A program made the translations under genes and the position numbers. The notes beneath the pieces were generated by a model that saw only the letters and a list, made by a program, of their open reading frames with translations, did no database searches and was not told where the DNA came from. A stretch of 54,178 bases of DNA, the filler included, from Theionarchaea archaeon (GTDB taxonomy: Archaea > Methanobacteriota_B > Thermococci > Methanofastidiosales > SZ-28-30), in NCBI GenBank assembly GCA_018992565.1. It is 4 parts of 4 records of this genome, joined end to end, with 100 filler letters (N's around TTAATTAATTAA, not from the genome) between each part and the next. Parts side by side here need not be neighbours in the genome. Positions count along the whole stretch, not along the records: positions 1 to 22,994 come from JACVGW010000043.1; positions 23,095 to 45,741 come from JACVGW010000044.1; 2 more parts are not named here. One strand, given 5' to 3'. Position 1 is the stretch's first letter. Each line of letters opens with the position of its first letter. Below, in pieces: positions 19,223 through 29,127 of the stretch.

Positions 19223-19861
19223 TATTTCTCCGGAATATATCTTCATTTCTTTTCCATTTTCCAGTCTGAGTATTAATCTTCCCTTCTCATCTACATCTAC
19301 TGCAGTTCCCGTGATCTCTCTCCCATTTTTTACTATGACGGTGCTGCCAATGGTTGAGGAGTATTTCCGGTATTCAGTGAGGAAATCATCCTGAATAACA
19401 GCATTGAAAGTTTCCACGAATTTCTCAAGAAATTCCATCCTGTCAACGACATTTCCCGTTTCCGTGACGTAGGAGGTGCCGGGGATATCTTCAGGAAATT
19501 CCTTATTATTCAGGTTCACACCCACACCCACAATGATGTAGTCGCCTTCTGTCTCAGAGAGTATGCCGCAGATTTTTCGCTGATCAACGTGAACATCATT
19601 TGGCCACTTCAGCCTGGTCAGCAACCCAAAATGCTCAAATGCTTTGGAAATTGCCAGAGCAGCTGCCAGGTTCAGGACAGGAGCAGGTTCATGTTTGACT
19701 ACCAGAGAACACCAGAGTCCTCCTTCAGGAGAGTGCCATTCTCTGGCATGACGACCCCTGCCTCTGGTCTGGGTGTCTGCCATGATGACGGTTCCCTCTT
19801 CCAGATACTGCCTTGCTACTTCATTGGTGGAGGTAACCTCCTTGAAATGATGGATTTTCAT
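19199..19861 (-). CDS. birA: Biotin--protein ligase (monofunctional)
   Basis: STN, QTRGRGR, KWPNDV, KICGIL, GVGVN; no HTH domain. Confidence 0.93.
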   Translation of the reverse strand: MKIHHFKEVTSTNEVARQYLEEGTVIMADTQTRGRGRHAREWHSPEGGLWCSLVVKHEPAPVLNLAAALAISKAFEHFGLLTRLKWPNDVHVDQRKICGILSETEGDYIIVGVGVNLNNKEFPEDIPGTSYVTETGNVVDRMEFLEKFVETFNAVIQDDFLTEYRKYSSTIGSTVIVKNGREITGTAVDVDEKGRLILRLENGKEMKIYSGEILRLHQLQ

Positions 19862-20041
19862 TCTTCCACCTTACAGTGTTATATCACCATATAATATATT
19901 AGCGTTTTAAATGTTATGCTTCAAGACCTGCGATATTCTCAACCTGCCCTGATTATTTCTGGAGACTCCTCTTCCTGTGCAGGGTATCACCTGCAGACAG
20001 TGTGACCAACCCTTTTATAGGTGGTAATCGCAGTAAGTCTG

Positions 20042-20881
20042 ATGATTTCAAAGACAGAAATCGCCCGGGTTCAGGAAACTCTCAAAGAGCTGGGGCTGGG
20101 AAAGTATCAATCTGCAGTACTGGCTCATATGTATGCTCTGGGAAAAAGCAAGGTGTCAGAACTCTCCAAAGCCTCCAGTGTCCCCCGGGCGAAGATCTAC
20201 TCTGTCCTGGAAGAGTTATGTACATTGCGGCTGATCAGGCAAACGGGTACCCGACCTCTCCAATTTGAGCCTATAGAACCTGAAACTGGATTGGAAAACC
20301 TCAGAATCGCCAGGAAAATACAATTCGAAAAAGATGTGAGAACAATTGCCGATATTGCAGACTCTCGATTATCCATTCTCAAATCCCTGTATGAGAAACG
20401 ACTGGCAACAGAAGCAGAAGAAGAGTTCCTGGAAATCATCACCGTGGGGACAGCTTCCGAAATAGAGACTCGAACCCTGTATACCAAGGCTGAAAAAGAG
20501 ATTAATGTAGTTTCCAGAGCATTTGAGTACCTCCCCAAGGTACGGGAGAGTCTGGAACCCAGGTTGGGGAATGTTGTCTTAAAAGTGATTTTGCTCCACG
20601 GGGACTACCTGTCAGAAAGAGACCTGAACATTCAGAACAATATGAAGGACATACTGCTCAAAATAGGTGCCCGGGTGAGAATATCTCCTGGCAGACTGCC
20701 TATCCGGTTCACCATTATTGACCCCAGTTTTGACTACGACAAAGGGGCTGTGCTTTTCCTGGTAGAAGAAGAGGCCATCCCTGTTTTCATGCGGTTTGCA
20801 GTCCTCTCAGAGAATCACAGCCTGGCTGCAGGGTTCAAACAGTATTTCGATTTACTATGGAAGGAAAGTACGCCAGTGTAG
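20042..20881 (+). CDS. TrmB-family transcriptional regulator
   Basis: LKELGLGKY, VPRAKIYSVL wHTH and a PLD-like C-terminal domain. Confidence 0.88.
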   Translation: MISKTEIARVQETLKELGLGKYQSAVLAHMYALGKSKVSELSKASSVPRAKIYSVLEELCTLRLIRQTGTRPLQFEPIEPETGLENLRIARKIQFEKDVRTIADIADSRLSILKSLYEKRLATEAEEEFLEIITVGTASEIETRTLYTKAEKEINVVSRAFEYLPKVRESLEPRLGNVVLKVILLHGDYLSERDLNIQNNMKDILLKIGARVRISPGRLPIRFTIIDPSFDYDKGAVLFLVEEEAIPVFMRFAVLSENHSLAAGFKQYFDLLWKESTPV

Positions 20882-20978
20882 AACCTACAGGACTGTCAAT
20901 CTGAAACAGACAATCTGTTAATTATTGGACCATAATGAGCATAGGTACTCTTTCGGGAGTTCATTTTTTGAATATGGT

Positions 20979-21608
20979 TCATTTCTTTCCCAGGAGCACA
21001 AGGTATGCCACAATTCCCAGCTGGTATATATGGTTCCACTTCCTCTTCCTCTTTTTCTCAACATGCGCAATTTCAACTGGTACCTCCACTATCCTGGCAC
21101 CCTTTGCATGTGCCTCCAGAACAAGAGTACCACACGTACAGGTTCCCACAATATCCAGGTTAACAGCCAGTTCTCTGGTCATTGCCCTGAACCCTGTTCC
21201 ATGGTCCCGTACTGGAACCGTCGTTCTCACCAGCATGCCAATCATTCGTTCTGAAAAAGAAGGTATTTTTCCCCTGCTTCCCAGCACCAGGTCTGCCTTT
21301 CCCGCTATAACAGGTTCCACCAGCAGAGGAATCTCAGAGGGTTGATGCTCACCATCTGCATCCAGCGTCACCACAACGTCTCCCTGACATGAAATGATTC
21401 CCCGCTTAATGGCCTGTATGTACCCTTTGTGATGCTGCTGTATCACCTGAGCCCCCGCTTGAGATGCTCTCTTGTACGTTCCATCTTCTGATCCATCATC
21501 CACCACCCATACCTCATCCACGTACTTCAAGGTCTCCGCTACCACTTCACTCACAGTGTTCGCTTCATTATACGCTGGAATCACTGCGCTGATTATGCCT
21601 CTAACCAT
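20979..21608 (-). CDS. Glycosyltransferase family 2 (DPM-synthase-like)
   Basis: VIPAYNEA, VDDGSEDGT, DADGEH, GFRA; start trimmed to ATG 21608. Confidence 0.9.
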   Translation of the reverse strand: MVRGIISAVIPAYNEANTVSEVVAETLKYVDEVWVVDDGSEDGTYKRASQAGAQVIQQHHKGYIQAIKRGIISCQGDVVVTLDADGEHQPSEIPLLVEPVIAGKADLVLGSRGKIPSFSERMIGMLVRTTVPVRDHGTGFRAMTRELAVNLDIVGTCTCGTLVLEAHAKGARIVEVPVEIAHVEKKRKRKWNHIYQLGIVAYLVLLGKK

Positions 21609-21733
21609 ACACCCTGTTCCTTTCCATGAATAAAAACCTTCATCTCCCCGCCTTCCTCCAGGAAATAACGCCTTCTCTGCCCTTCTCAAGGGGCAAAAGA
21701 AACCTTTATAAACCTTTGAAAAAGTGACCACTG

Positions 21734-22465
21734 ATGGAAGAACTGACATACAATCAGGAGCGTTCAATCCATTACATAGAAGAACTTCTTTCCCAGAAAG
21801 TGTATAATGTAGGTTCTTCAGGAATTGTGTTTGGTGCTTCAGGACTGGGCAAGACAACTCTGCTGGCCAGTACAGCAGCCCGTTACATCGAAGAAGACCA
21901 TAAGGTCTGTTATGTATCACATGAACTGGCCTTTCCTCAATTCCTGGATACCCTTCAGTTGAACCTGGGAAAAAGATCATACGAGGGACACCTACTGGGG
22001 ATTATCCTCCCCATTGATGTGCGGTACCGCAAGTACTACAGGAAGGTGCCCTTGATCAAGACAGTGAAATCTTTCTACCTGGATAGTGAATATAACCAAT
22101 TTCACCTTCTGGATGCAATCATGCTCCTGAAAGAAAAAGCGGGATGCGACCTCTTCCTGGTAGATTCTATTGATGATCTGGAAGCTTTCAGAATTGCAGA
22201 AGGAGTCATAGACCGGTATAATGTCAACCAATTCACCTATGCTTTAATGTCCAGCGGGATCAGCACGGTCTCTACCAGTGTGTATGACCACCAGATCCAG
22301 GTGAACACCAGGATAGAGTTGAAAGAGGTACATGAACGAGAGGGTCAGATCCAGAGGGTGGCAATCATCCACAAGGGGATGAAACGGTTCCCGGCCAAAG
22401 AGTATATTAACTACCAGGTTCATGGAACTATCGTATTTGATTATTCAACAGCACGAATTGTCTAG
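21734..22465 (+). CDS. Divergent RecA/KaiC-like P-loop ATPase
   Basis: Walker A GASGLGKT, YVSHE, FLVDSI Walker B. Confidence 0.75.
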   Translation: MEELTYNQERSIHYIEELLSQKVYNVGSSGIVFGASGLGKTTLLASTAARYIEEDHKVCYVSHELAFPQFLDTLQLNLGKRSYEGHLLGIILPIDVRYRKYYRKVPLIKTVKSFYLDSEYNQFHLLDAIMLLKEKAGCDLFLVDSIDDLEAFRIAEGVIDRYNVNQFTYALMSSGISTVSTSVYDHQIQVNTRIELKEVHEREGQIQRVAIIHKGMKRFPAKEYINYQVHGTIVFDYSTARIV

Positions 22466-22473
22466 GTGATGTT

Positions 22474-22974
22474 ATGATACAACTTTACAGATGGCAGCGT
22501 GTAGGAATATTTGTAGATACCCAAAATCTCTACTATTCAGCTAAGAACCTGTATGGTGCTAAAGTAGACTTCAGAAAGGTTCTGGAAGTAGGACTCAATC
22601 AAAGGCAGTTGATTAGAGCTATTATCTACGTCATAAAGGCCGATATACCTGAAGAAGAGGGATTCTTCGAAGCGCTGCGGAATATTGGGTATGAAGTTAA
22701 GATCAAGGAATTGAGAACGTACTACGATGGCACAAAGCGAGGAGACTGGGACATGGGGATCGCTATTGATACCATTAAGATGGCAGAGAAACTGGATACT
22801 GTGGTCCTGGTTTCAGGTGACGGTGACTTTGTGGCTCTGGTAGATCATTTGAAGGCTAAAGGAGTGAATGTTGAGGTTATGGCCTTCGGAAAGAGTACGT
22901 CCTCTGATTTGAAGAGAGTAGTCAATGAATTCATTGATCTGGACATGAATTATGAGAACTTCCTCATCCGATGA
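22474..22974 (+). CDS. NYN (LabA/DUF88, PIN-like) domain protein
   Basis: FVDTQNLY, KRGDWDMGIAID, VSGDGDF. Confidence 0.92.
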   Translation: MIQLYRWQRVGIFVDTQNLYYSAKNLYGAKVDFRKVLEVGLNQRQLIRAIIYVIKADIPEEEGFFEALRNIGYEVKIKELRTYYDGTKRGDWDMGIAIDTIKMAEKLDTVVLVSGDGDFVALVDHLKAKGVNVEVMAFGKSTSSDLKRVVNEFIDLDMNYENFLIR

Positions 22975-22994
22975 GATTTTGAACCGGTTGAAAG

Positions 22995-23094
22995 NNNNNN
23001 NNNNNNNNNNNNNNNNNNNNNNNNNNNNNNNNNNNNNNTTAATTAATTAANNNNNNNNNNNNNNNNNNNNNNNNNNNNNNNNNNNNNNNNNNNN
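22995..23094. other. Artificial contig-join linker
   Basis: N44-TTAATTAATTAA-N44 six-frame stop spacer. Confidence 0.95.
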
Positions 23095-23259
23095 GCTATT
23101 GAATCATATGAGCTTTCCATAGCATACTGGAGTGAACGAATTAACAATCACCCTGGCATGCCCCCGCCACCTCCTCCACCACTACCACCGAATGGGAATA
23201 TTCCACCTGCGGTGAGTGACAATGGAGACAGCGGAAAAGCGTACACATCTTTCATGTAA
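23095..23259 (+). CDS. 3' fragment of a protein with a polyproline tail
   Basis: Open frame from the contig edge: AIESYELSIAYWSERINNHPGMPPPPPPPLPPNGNIPPAVSDNGDSGKAYTSFM*. Confidence 0.55.
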   Translation, partial: AIESYELSIAYWSERINNHPGMPPPPPPPLPPNGNIPPAVSDNGDSGKAYTSFM

Positions 23260-23445
23260 ACATGGACATTTTTTCGGGATTTAAAGGTTAGGTCTCATGG
23301 GTGAAAATCATGATACTGAATATACAGAAACCCAAAGTTGAACAGTTTACCGGCCCAAAAATGGACAAAGTGTGCAGTAATTTTCTACATGTCTATCTAC
23401 TGTTCGAGTCACAAAGTATTTAAAGGGATACCAATGTTGAAGGAT

Positions 23446-24639
23446 ATGAGAGTTCTGGCTGTATTCATGATTCTTTTGCTGGTGACAGTATCAGCACCAT
23501 ATGAATTTGGACATGCCTCACAGGTAATCCTTCTGGTTGTTGACGGAGGTGACCCTGATGTATTTTCCCTGGAAGGGTTCTCTATTGAAGGTTCAAGTAC
23601 AGCTGTCTTCCCCCCTATGACCAGTCCCGGGCATATATCCCTGCTGACTGGAGTGTACCCTTCTCGGCATGGTATCCTGGCCAACGAGTACAATGATGAA
23701 CAGAAAACCCGTAACTACACGCCTGATATGATAGAGGCCACAATTCTTTTTGAAATACTGAAGGAAAACGGAAAGAAAGGAATATTCATTTCTGGCAAGA
23801 AGGGACTGGCTGCCCTTGCAGGTGCAAGAGCTAACCTGACAGTAGCTCCCGAGTTCCATCCAGTATATCTGAGAGATCCTCCTCAGGACCCGGAGGAACT
23901 GACCCGCTGGCTCTTTGAGGCACTCACAGAAATTGACCTGAGGGAACATCCTGACTTTTTCTGTATTAATATTCCCATTGTTGATAGTGTCGGTCATACG
24001 TATGGACCTTCCTCGCAGGAGTGCAAAGAAGCCGCACAGCTGGTTGAGGATTTGATTTATTCCTTAAGAGACTCCCTGGACAGTGAGACTGCCCTGATTG
24101 TAACCAGTGATCACGGGATGAGCTCTGTATCCAAGAGTGTTCCCATCCATGCGCTCCTGAGAGATGCAGGGTATGCGACCTGGCCCCTGCACGTGGGACG
24201 ATGTGCATTCCTCTATGACGTAGAAGAGGGTGTGAGAGAGTATGTCTCTAGCCTTGAAGGAGTGGACAGGGTTGTTGAACCTGAAGAGTATTCAGCCTTC
24301 CACATTAACCATAGGAATGCTCCTGACCTGATCCTCCTGGCAAAGAAAGGATACCTGTTCATACCTGAGCCCTTGCTGCAGTACTACAAGGGTATGCACG
24401 GTTCACCAGATGAACAGGACGTGCCTCTCTACATGACAGGGGCAGGGATTCCAACAGGATATGTGGAGTGCAGCCAGGTGGACATCACCCCGTTGGTGGT
24501 AGAGCTTCTGGGCCTTGAAACGGATGTTAAGTTTGATGGTTCAGTGCCTCAGATACAGGAGAAAAAGGCTCAGGGATACGGAATTCTGGTGGTTGCTGGA
24601 GTTGTCTTCTATATCATCGGAAGGAGGCTGTGGGGATAA
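23446..24639 (+). CDS. Alkaline phosphatase-superfamily nucleotide pyrophosphatase/phosphodiesterase, secreted and membrane-anchored
   Basis: VVDGG, FPPMTSPGH, DSVGH, TSDHG, GMHG; signal peptide and C-terminal TM followed by RR. Confidence 0.88.
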   Translation: MRVLAVFMILLLVTVSAPYEFGHASQVILLVVDGGDPDVFSLEGFSIEGSSTAVFPPMTSPGHISLLTGVYPSRHGILANEYNDEQKTRNYTPDMIEATILFEILKENGKKGIFISGKKGLAALAGARANLTVAPEFHPVYLRDPPQDPEELTRWLFEALTEIDLREHPDFFCINIPIVDSVGHTYGPSSQECKEAAQLVEDLIYSLRDSLDSETALIVTSDHGMSSVSKSVPIHALLRDAGYATWPLHVGRCAFLYDVEEGVREYVSSLEGVDRVVEPEEYSAFHINHRNAPDLILLAKKGYLFIPEPLLQYYKGMHGSPDEQDVPLYMTGAGIPTGYVECSQVDITPLVVELLGLETDVKFDGSVPQIQEKKAQGYGILVVAGVVFYIIGRRLWG

Positions 24640-24762
24640 GACCTCCACTCAGCACGGATGCTGGTTGTCATAGTAAAGCTCATATGGATTGAGGTCCTTG
24701 CATTGAGTGATGGTTGAGCTAACTCAGTGGATGCTCAATGGAGACTAGCATGAGGTGTTGCC

Positions 24763-26205
24763 ATGGATATTCTGAATGTGCAGCAAGGGTTGAATCCTGA
24801 TGTAGAGAAAATGATAATAGAGAGGGACATTCAGGGACTGATGACTACATTAGAGAAGGGAAAAGACTTTGCAGCCCGAATGAGAGCAGCTGAAGGCCTG
24901 GGATCTATCAGAGATGAGAGAGCCATAAAGCTGTTATTGAACCTATTGAAAAGGAATCGAGGTGACGTCAAAGCTCTTGCAATCGTGGCTCTTGGGAGAA
25001 TTCAGGGCAGAAGGGCCACTCAACTCCTTATTGAGACGTTGAAAGATGATTCTCCTTACTGCCGCGAAGTATCAGCGATAATGCTAGGAGACTCAGGGGA
25101 TGAGAGAGCTATCGCCCCACTGACGGAGGCATTGAATGACCTGGACCATATTGTTGGGGAGAAAGCACGTTGGGCTCTGGTGGAGTTAGGAACGATGGCA
25201 GTGTATCCGTTAATAGATGCACTTGATCATGGAAACACAGTAACTCGAGAGGCAGCAATCCGGGCTCTGGGAGAAATAGGTGATGAACAGGCTACCTCTC
25301 CTTTGATATGGACACTTGAGGATGAAAAGGATACCATACGCGAGGCAGCAGCTCAGGCCCTGGGAAAGATGAAGGATAAGAGAGCTGTTCAACCCTTGAT
25401 TCGCCTTCTGGAGGACAGGAACCCTCATTGCCGCGAAGAAGCTGCCCGGGCTTTAGGTCTGATCAGAGATGAAGGAGCAGTAGATGCTCTCATCAACATC
25501 TGTGGAGACGAAAACAGGGACGTTCGAGAATCCGTAATTCAAGCACTGGGAGAACTGGGTGACAGACGAGCGGTTGACTCGTTAACAAATTCTCTTCAAG
25601 ACACGGATAAAGAGGTTCGGAAAACAGCAGTTCGATCCCTCGGAAAAATAGGAGAGGAACAGGTGAAAGAGCTTCTTCTTCAGCTGTTACAGGATAGTGA
25701 CAGCACAATACGGGAAGGAGCAGCAGTCGCCCTAGGAGAGCTTCAGGAACCCAGAGCAGTGGATCCTCTCATACATGCTCTGGAAGACCCGAGTGAGGGA
25801 GTCCGTGAAGCAGCAATTAGAGCACTGGGGATACTCGGAGACAGAAAAGCTCTTGATCCATTGAGACAGGCGCTCAAAGAAGAATGGGTTCGATGTAGCA
25901 TCAGGATGATGGGCTTTGAAACCAGAGTCTCCAATTTGCCGGCCCTGGAGAACAATTGGAATCAAATGCAGATTCTGAGAGCTCTCTACAGAATTCAGGG
26001 TGATAGGGCCACACAATCATTGATTGGAGCTCTCGAGGAGGAACAAATCAACATTGGGAGAGACCTGACCCAGACCATCCACGACTACATTGAGAGATGG
26101 GGTGAGGTATTCCCTGGAGTCAACCGTGCTCAAAACAGATCCATGAGAGCCTGGAGAATCCTCAAAGAAGGGCTGGCAGACACAGAGCGGGAATCGTACC
26201 AGTAA
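24763..26205 (+). CDS. HEAT-repeat (PBS lyase-like) protein
   Basis: About 11 copies of a ~31-aa R-x-AA-xALG-x-IGD-x-RAV-x-PLI repeat. Confidence 0.92.
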   Translation: MDILNVQQGLNPDVEKMIIERDIQGLMTTLEKGKDFAARMRAAEGLGSIRDERAIKLLLNLLKRNRGDVKALAIVALGRIQGRRATQLLIETLKDDSPYCREVSAIMLGDSGDERAIAPLTEALNDLDHIVGEKARWALVELGTMAVYPLIDALDHGNTVTREAAIRALGEIGDEQATSPLIWTLEDEKDTIREAAAQALGKMKDKRAVQPLIRLLEDRNPHCREEAARALGLIRDEGAVDALINICGDENRDVRESVIQALGELGDRRAVDSLTNSLQDTDKEVRKTAVRSLGKIGEEQVKELLLQLLQDSDSTIREGAAVALGELQEPRAVDPLIHALEDPSEGVREAAIRALGILGDRKALDPLRQALKEEWVRCSIRMMGFETRVSNLPALENNWNQMQILRALYRIQGDRATQSLIGALEEEQINIGRDLTQTIHDYIERWGEVFPGVNRAQNRSMRAWRILKEGLADTERESYQ

Positions 26206-26261
26206 CCTGTAGAGCAGGGCACGACAATAAGAAAAGGCAGAAAAAAGGTTATAAAGACTAT

Positions 26262-26768
26262 CTAGGAGACCTCGAGATCAGTAACCCACCATACCCAGGC
26301 CTCGGGAGCGTACACCTCTTGAGCATCCTCCGAAAATACAATTTTCAATGGTCCGCCAGATTTTGCACCGATCTCCTCGCCATCAGCCGTATAGGCAATG
26401 AGAATTCCCAAATCCAGATCTTCTGCCTTAATCACTGCAGAATAACCATCAGTTGCCACCACTTTTACCTCTGTGACATTCTCTGCACCGAGGTAATCCA
26501 GGATATCCTTCAGCAAGACGCCACCGTATTCTATGGTGACCTCCAGGTGGGGGTCTGGAATGGCAATGGTGGTGTAGAGCAGTGATTTCAGAGTCTCCAT
26601 GTCGAATTGGAAGGAGTCTCCTGCATTGACCTTCCCAATGGTGCCAGATACGGTGAGTACCACTTCTCCCTGTGGCCCAGGGACACTCAGAGATTCTGTC
26701 TGTGATTCAGGTTGCTGGGTGAGGCAACCTGCAAGGAAAATCAGTCCGAACACAAGCAGTCGTTTCAT
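26262..26768 (-). CDS. Lipoprotein with a molybdopterin-dependent oxidoreductase-like fold
   Basis: Lipobox LAGC; GVLLKDIL, ATDGY, GGPLKIVF, WVWWVTDLEV; GAGGAGGTGA RBS. Confidence 0.75.
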   Translation of the reverse strand: MKRLLVFGLIFLAGCLTQQPESQTESLSVPGPQGEVVLTVSGTIGKVNAGDSFQFDMETLKSLLYTTIAIPDPHLEVTIEYGGVLLKDILDYLGAENVTEVKVVATDGYSAVIKAEDLDLGILIAYTADGEEIGAKSGGPLKIVFSEDAQEVYAPEAWVWWVTDLEVS

Positions 26769-26773
26769 CGCTA

Positions 26774-28336
26774 TCACCTCCTCACAAAGTTGGTTAGTCC
26801 GAATCTTTTCAAGGGGATGACTACCCCAATGCCAAATACAGTGGCAAAAAATGTCATAAACATTCTCTCCACAGGATAGATGAATAAAAATGCTCTGAAA
26901 ATCCCTGTGTTCAATTCAAGCACCTGAATAGCCAGGAAATTTCCAATCATTAGATCAGAAAGAACTGCAAATCCAGAGATCACAAAATATGCCACAGACA
27001 GTTTCTCCAGAGAGATGTTCAAGAAGTATGATATGCCCAGGATCATCAACGCGGCAAATACCAGAACCCATCCCAGGTGATTCATGTAGAGGGGCACTAC
27101 TTTCTCAAGGTAGTATGCCAGGTTGCTGGTGACTGTAACCTCGCGCCCGAGAGACCCAGTGACAAAGGGAACTGACTCATCAAGCCGCAGCAGTTCAGAT
27201 TTCATGACCTTAGACTGCAGAGATAGCAGCAGAACTTGCTGCATCAGTCCGAGAATTCCCGCACCTAACAATGCGAATCCACACCATTTTCTCATGGATT
27301 CTGAGATCCTGAAATTCACCACAGCAAAGAGAAGAAATCCCAGAATGAGTGCTGTATATGCCAGAAGCCTGAAGAGAGGATACCACCCGACGTCAGCGCC
27401 TGAGGATACTGCCTCAATTCCCAGAGCAAGAGCAGCAGAGGCCAGCAATGCGCTGAGAGACATCAAGAACCACATCCTGAACCTACCGGAGACCACTGCC
27501 AGGGCCCCAAGAACGCAGGTAATCCCAAGAATCGTGACACTCACCAGTATAGGGCCACTATACATCCCGTATGCTCCTGCAGCAGTCGCAATTCCACTGA
27601 ATGCCACCAGCCCGCTCGAGACCTTCTTCAATCCAGGCTTATCTTTCACCACAGAGACCAGAATGCCGGCCACACCTGCTGTACCACACACAACACCTAT
27701 GCCTGGAATCCACAATCCACCAACCATGGATAGTGCCCAGGCACCTCCTACTAGACTCACCCCTGCCAGCAGGAACCAGGTTCCTGCTCCTCTGAACCCT
27801 ACCAGCTCATTATATTGTACATGGATCCACTCCCCCAAATGGTCTCTGAACACCAGTCCTAATCCCAGAAAGAGAAGCGGCATGTACGGGTAGTAGTACA
27901 ACTCCCTTCCAATTGAGGTTGAATACCAAAGCAGGAGGACGCCCACCATGATCCCACATGCTGTTTTCCATTTCCTGTGGGCAAGCAATCCCGCAGCGGT
28001 GGCTCCCACTGTGGGAGGAATAAAAGTCAGCAGTCCAAAAATCGCGCCTTGGGGTGCGAGAATCTGTCCAGCAAAAGCACCTGCAGCAGCAGCGTATGTC
28101 CCCAGGACAGGGCCCAGCAAGACACCTACCAGGGGCTCCAAAGCCACTGCAGCAGAAATGACCTTCCCCACGCCCGCTACCACAGTCACCGGTATGAAGG
28201 CTGCGACTGCCATGACTGCTGCCATAATCCCACTGAAAGCAATTTCCTGAGCAGTAAGCCTCTGGGGAACTATCACGTCAATTCTATCACGCACTCGCTG
28301 ACCAAGTGTCATCGATATCCATCCTGTGTAGATCAT
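26774..28336 (-). CDS. ECF S-component-like membrane protein with a large internal membrane insertion
   Basis: N-terminal PLVGVLLGPVLG and C-terminal FIYPVER segments of archaeal S-components, separated by about 270 hydrophobic residues; alternative start 28312. Confidence 0.65.
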   Translation of the reverse strand: MIYTGWISMTLGQRVRDRIDVIVPQRLTAQEIAFSGIMAAVMAVAAFIPVTVVAGVGKVISAAVALEPLVGVLLGPVLGTYAAAAGAFAGQILAPQGAIFGLLTFIPPTVGATAAGLLAHRKWKTACGIMVGVLLLWYSTSIGRELYYYPYMPLLFLGLGLVFRDHLGEWIHVQYNELVGFRGAGTWFLLAGVSLVGGAWALSMVGGLWIPGIGVVCGTAGVAGILVSVVKDKPGLKKVSSGLVAFSGIATAAGAYGMYSGPILVSVTILGITCVLGALAVVSGRFRMWFLMSLSALLASAALALGIEAVSSGADVGWYPLFRLLAYTALILGFLLFAVVNFRISESMRKWCGFALLGAGILGLMQQVLLLSLQSKVMKSELLRLDESVPFVTGSLGREVTVTSNLAYYLEKVVPLYMNHLGWVLVFAALMILGISYFLNISLEKLSVAYFVISGFAVLSDLMIGNFLAIQVLELNTGIFRAFLFIYPVERMFMTFFATVFGIGVVIPLKRFGLTNFVRR

Positions 28337-28394
28337 TACACTGGATGATCATATTGTACAATAGGTATATAAGGTTTTTCCTCCAAAGCACCTC

Positions 28395-28853
28395 ATGGAA
28401 CAACCGCTGCTCTCCATAACAGATGACCTGCTGCCCTACGTCATATTTCTGCCCTCAGATAGAGAGGCCCAGATGGAAATGCTGTCTGCTGTCTTTGGTT
28501 CTGAAGTCAACCTGAAAATACTAACCCACTTTTGCGGTAGTGATAGAGTATACCAGAAGGCTCTCATTGATGAATTACCCTACTCCAACAAGACCATTAT
28601 CAACCACTTGAAGGAACTCGTCACGCTGAAAGTTCTGAAAGAAGGAATGGAAAAACAGGAAGGGGAAAAGAATGTATGGGTCAAGTATTTTGAAGTGGAG
28701 CCTTCCAGAAGATGGCTTATCTTTCTCATTTATGACCCCGAAACCATATCTCCAGAAACTATGCAGGAGCTCATTATAGAAGTGGTCCGGTACTACTTCA
28801 AGAGAATCATGGAACTGGCCGCTGAGTATGGAATAAAAGAAGGGACCATCAGA
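28395..28853 (+). CDS. Winged-helix transcriptional regulator (3' end in gap)
   Basis: VFGSEVNLKIL, YQKALI, YSNKTIINHLKELV. Confidence 0.75.
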
Positions 28854-28953
28854 NNNNNNNNNNNNNNNNNNNNNNNNNNNNNNNNNNNNNNNNNNNNNNN
28901 NNNNNNNNNNNNNNNNNNNNNNNNNNNNNNNNNNNNNNNNNNNNNNNNNNNNN

Positions 28954-29127
28954 ACTACGGGTGCGGGAGATGCTTTCTGTGCAGGGTTCATGTATCAGAT
29001 ACTGAAAGGGGAGTCTGTGCTGGGGGCTCTCCGATTCGCCAATGCCGCTGGAGCAGCATCCACCACCAGGTATGGGGCCATGGACAGCATGCCCTCACTG
29101 AATGAGGTGGAATCACTCCTGGAATGA
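28954..29127 (+). CDS. PfkB-family carbohydrate kinase, C-terminal fragment
   Basis: TTGAGDAFCAGF...FANAAGAASTTRYGA, in a frame missed by the ORF track. Confidence 0.9.
   Translation, partial: TTGAGDAFCAGFMYQILKGESVLGALRFANAAGAASTTRYGAMDSMPSLNEVESLLE

Noticed and set aside
24763..26205. Periodic sequence resembling a repeat array or CRISPR
   Set aside because: Protein-level HEAT repeats with divergent codons; no CRISPR array anywhere in the window.
28395..29105. ORF-track 236-aa protein with a Cys-rich tail
   Set aside because: Chimera across a gap; the post-gap DNA is a PfkB kinase in another frame.
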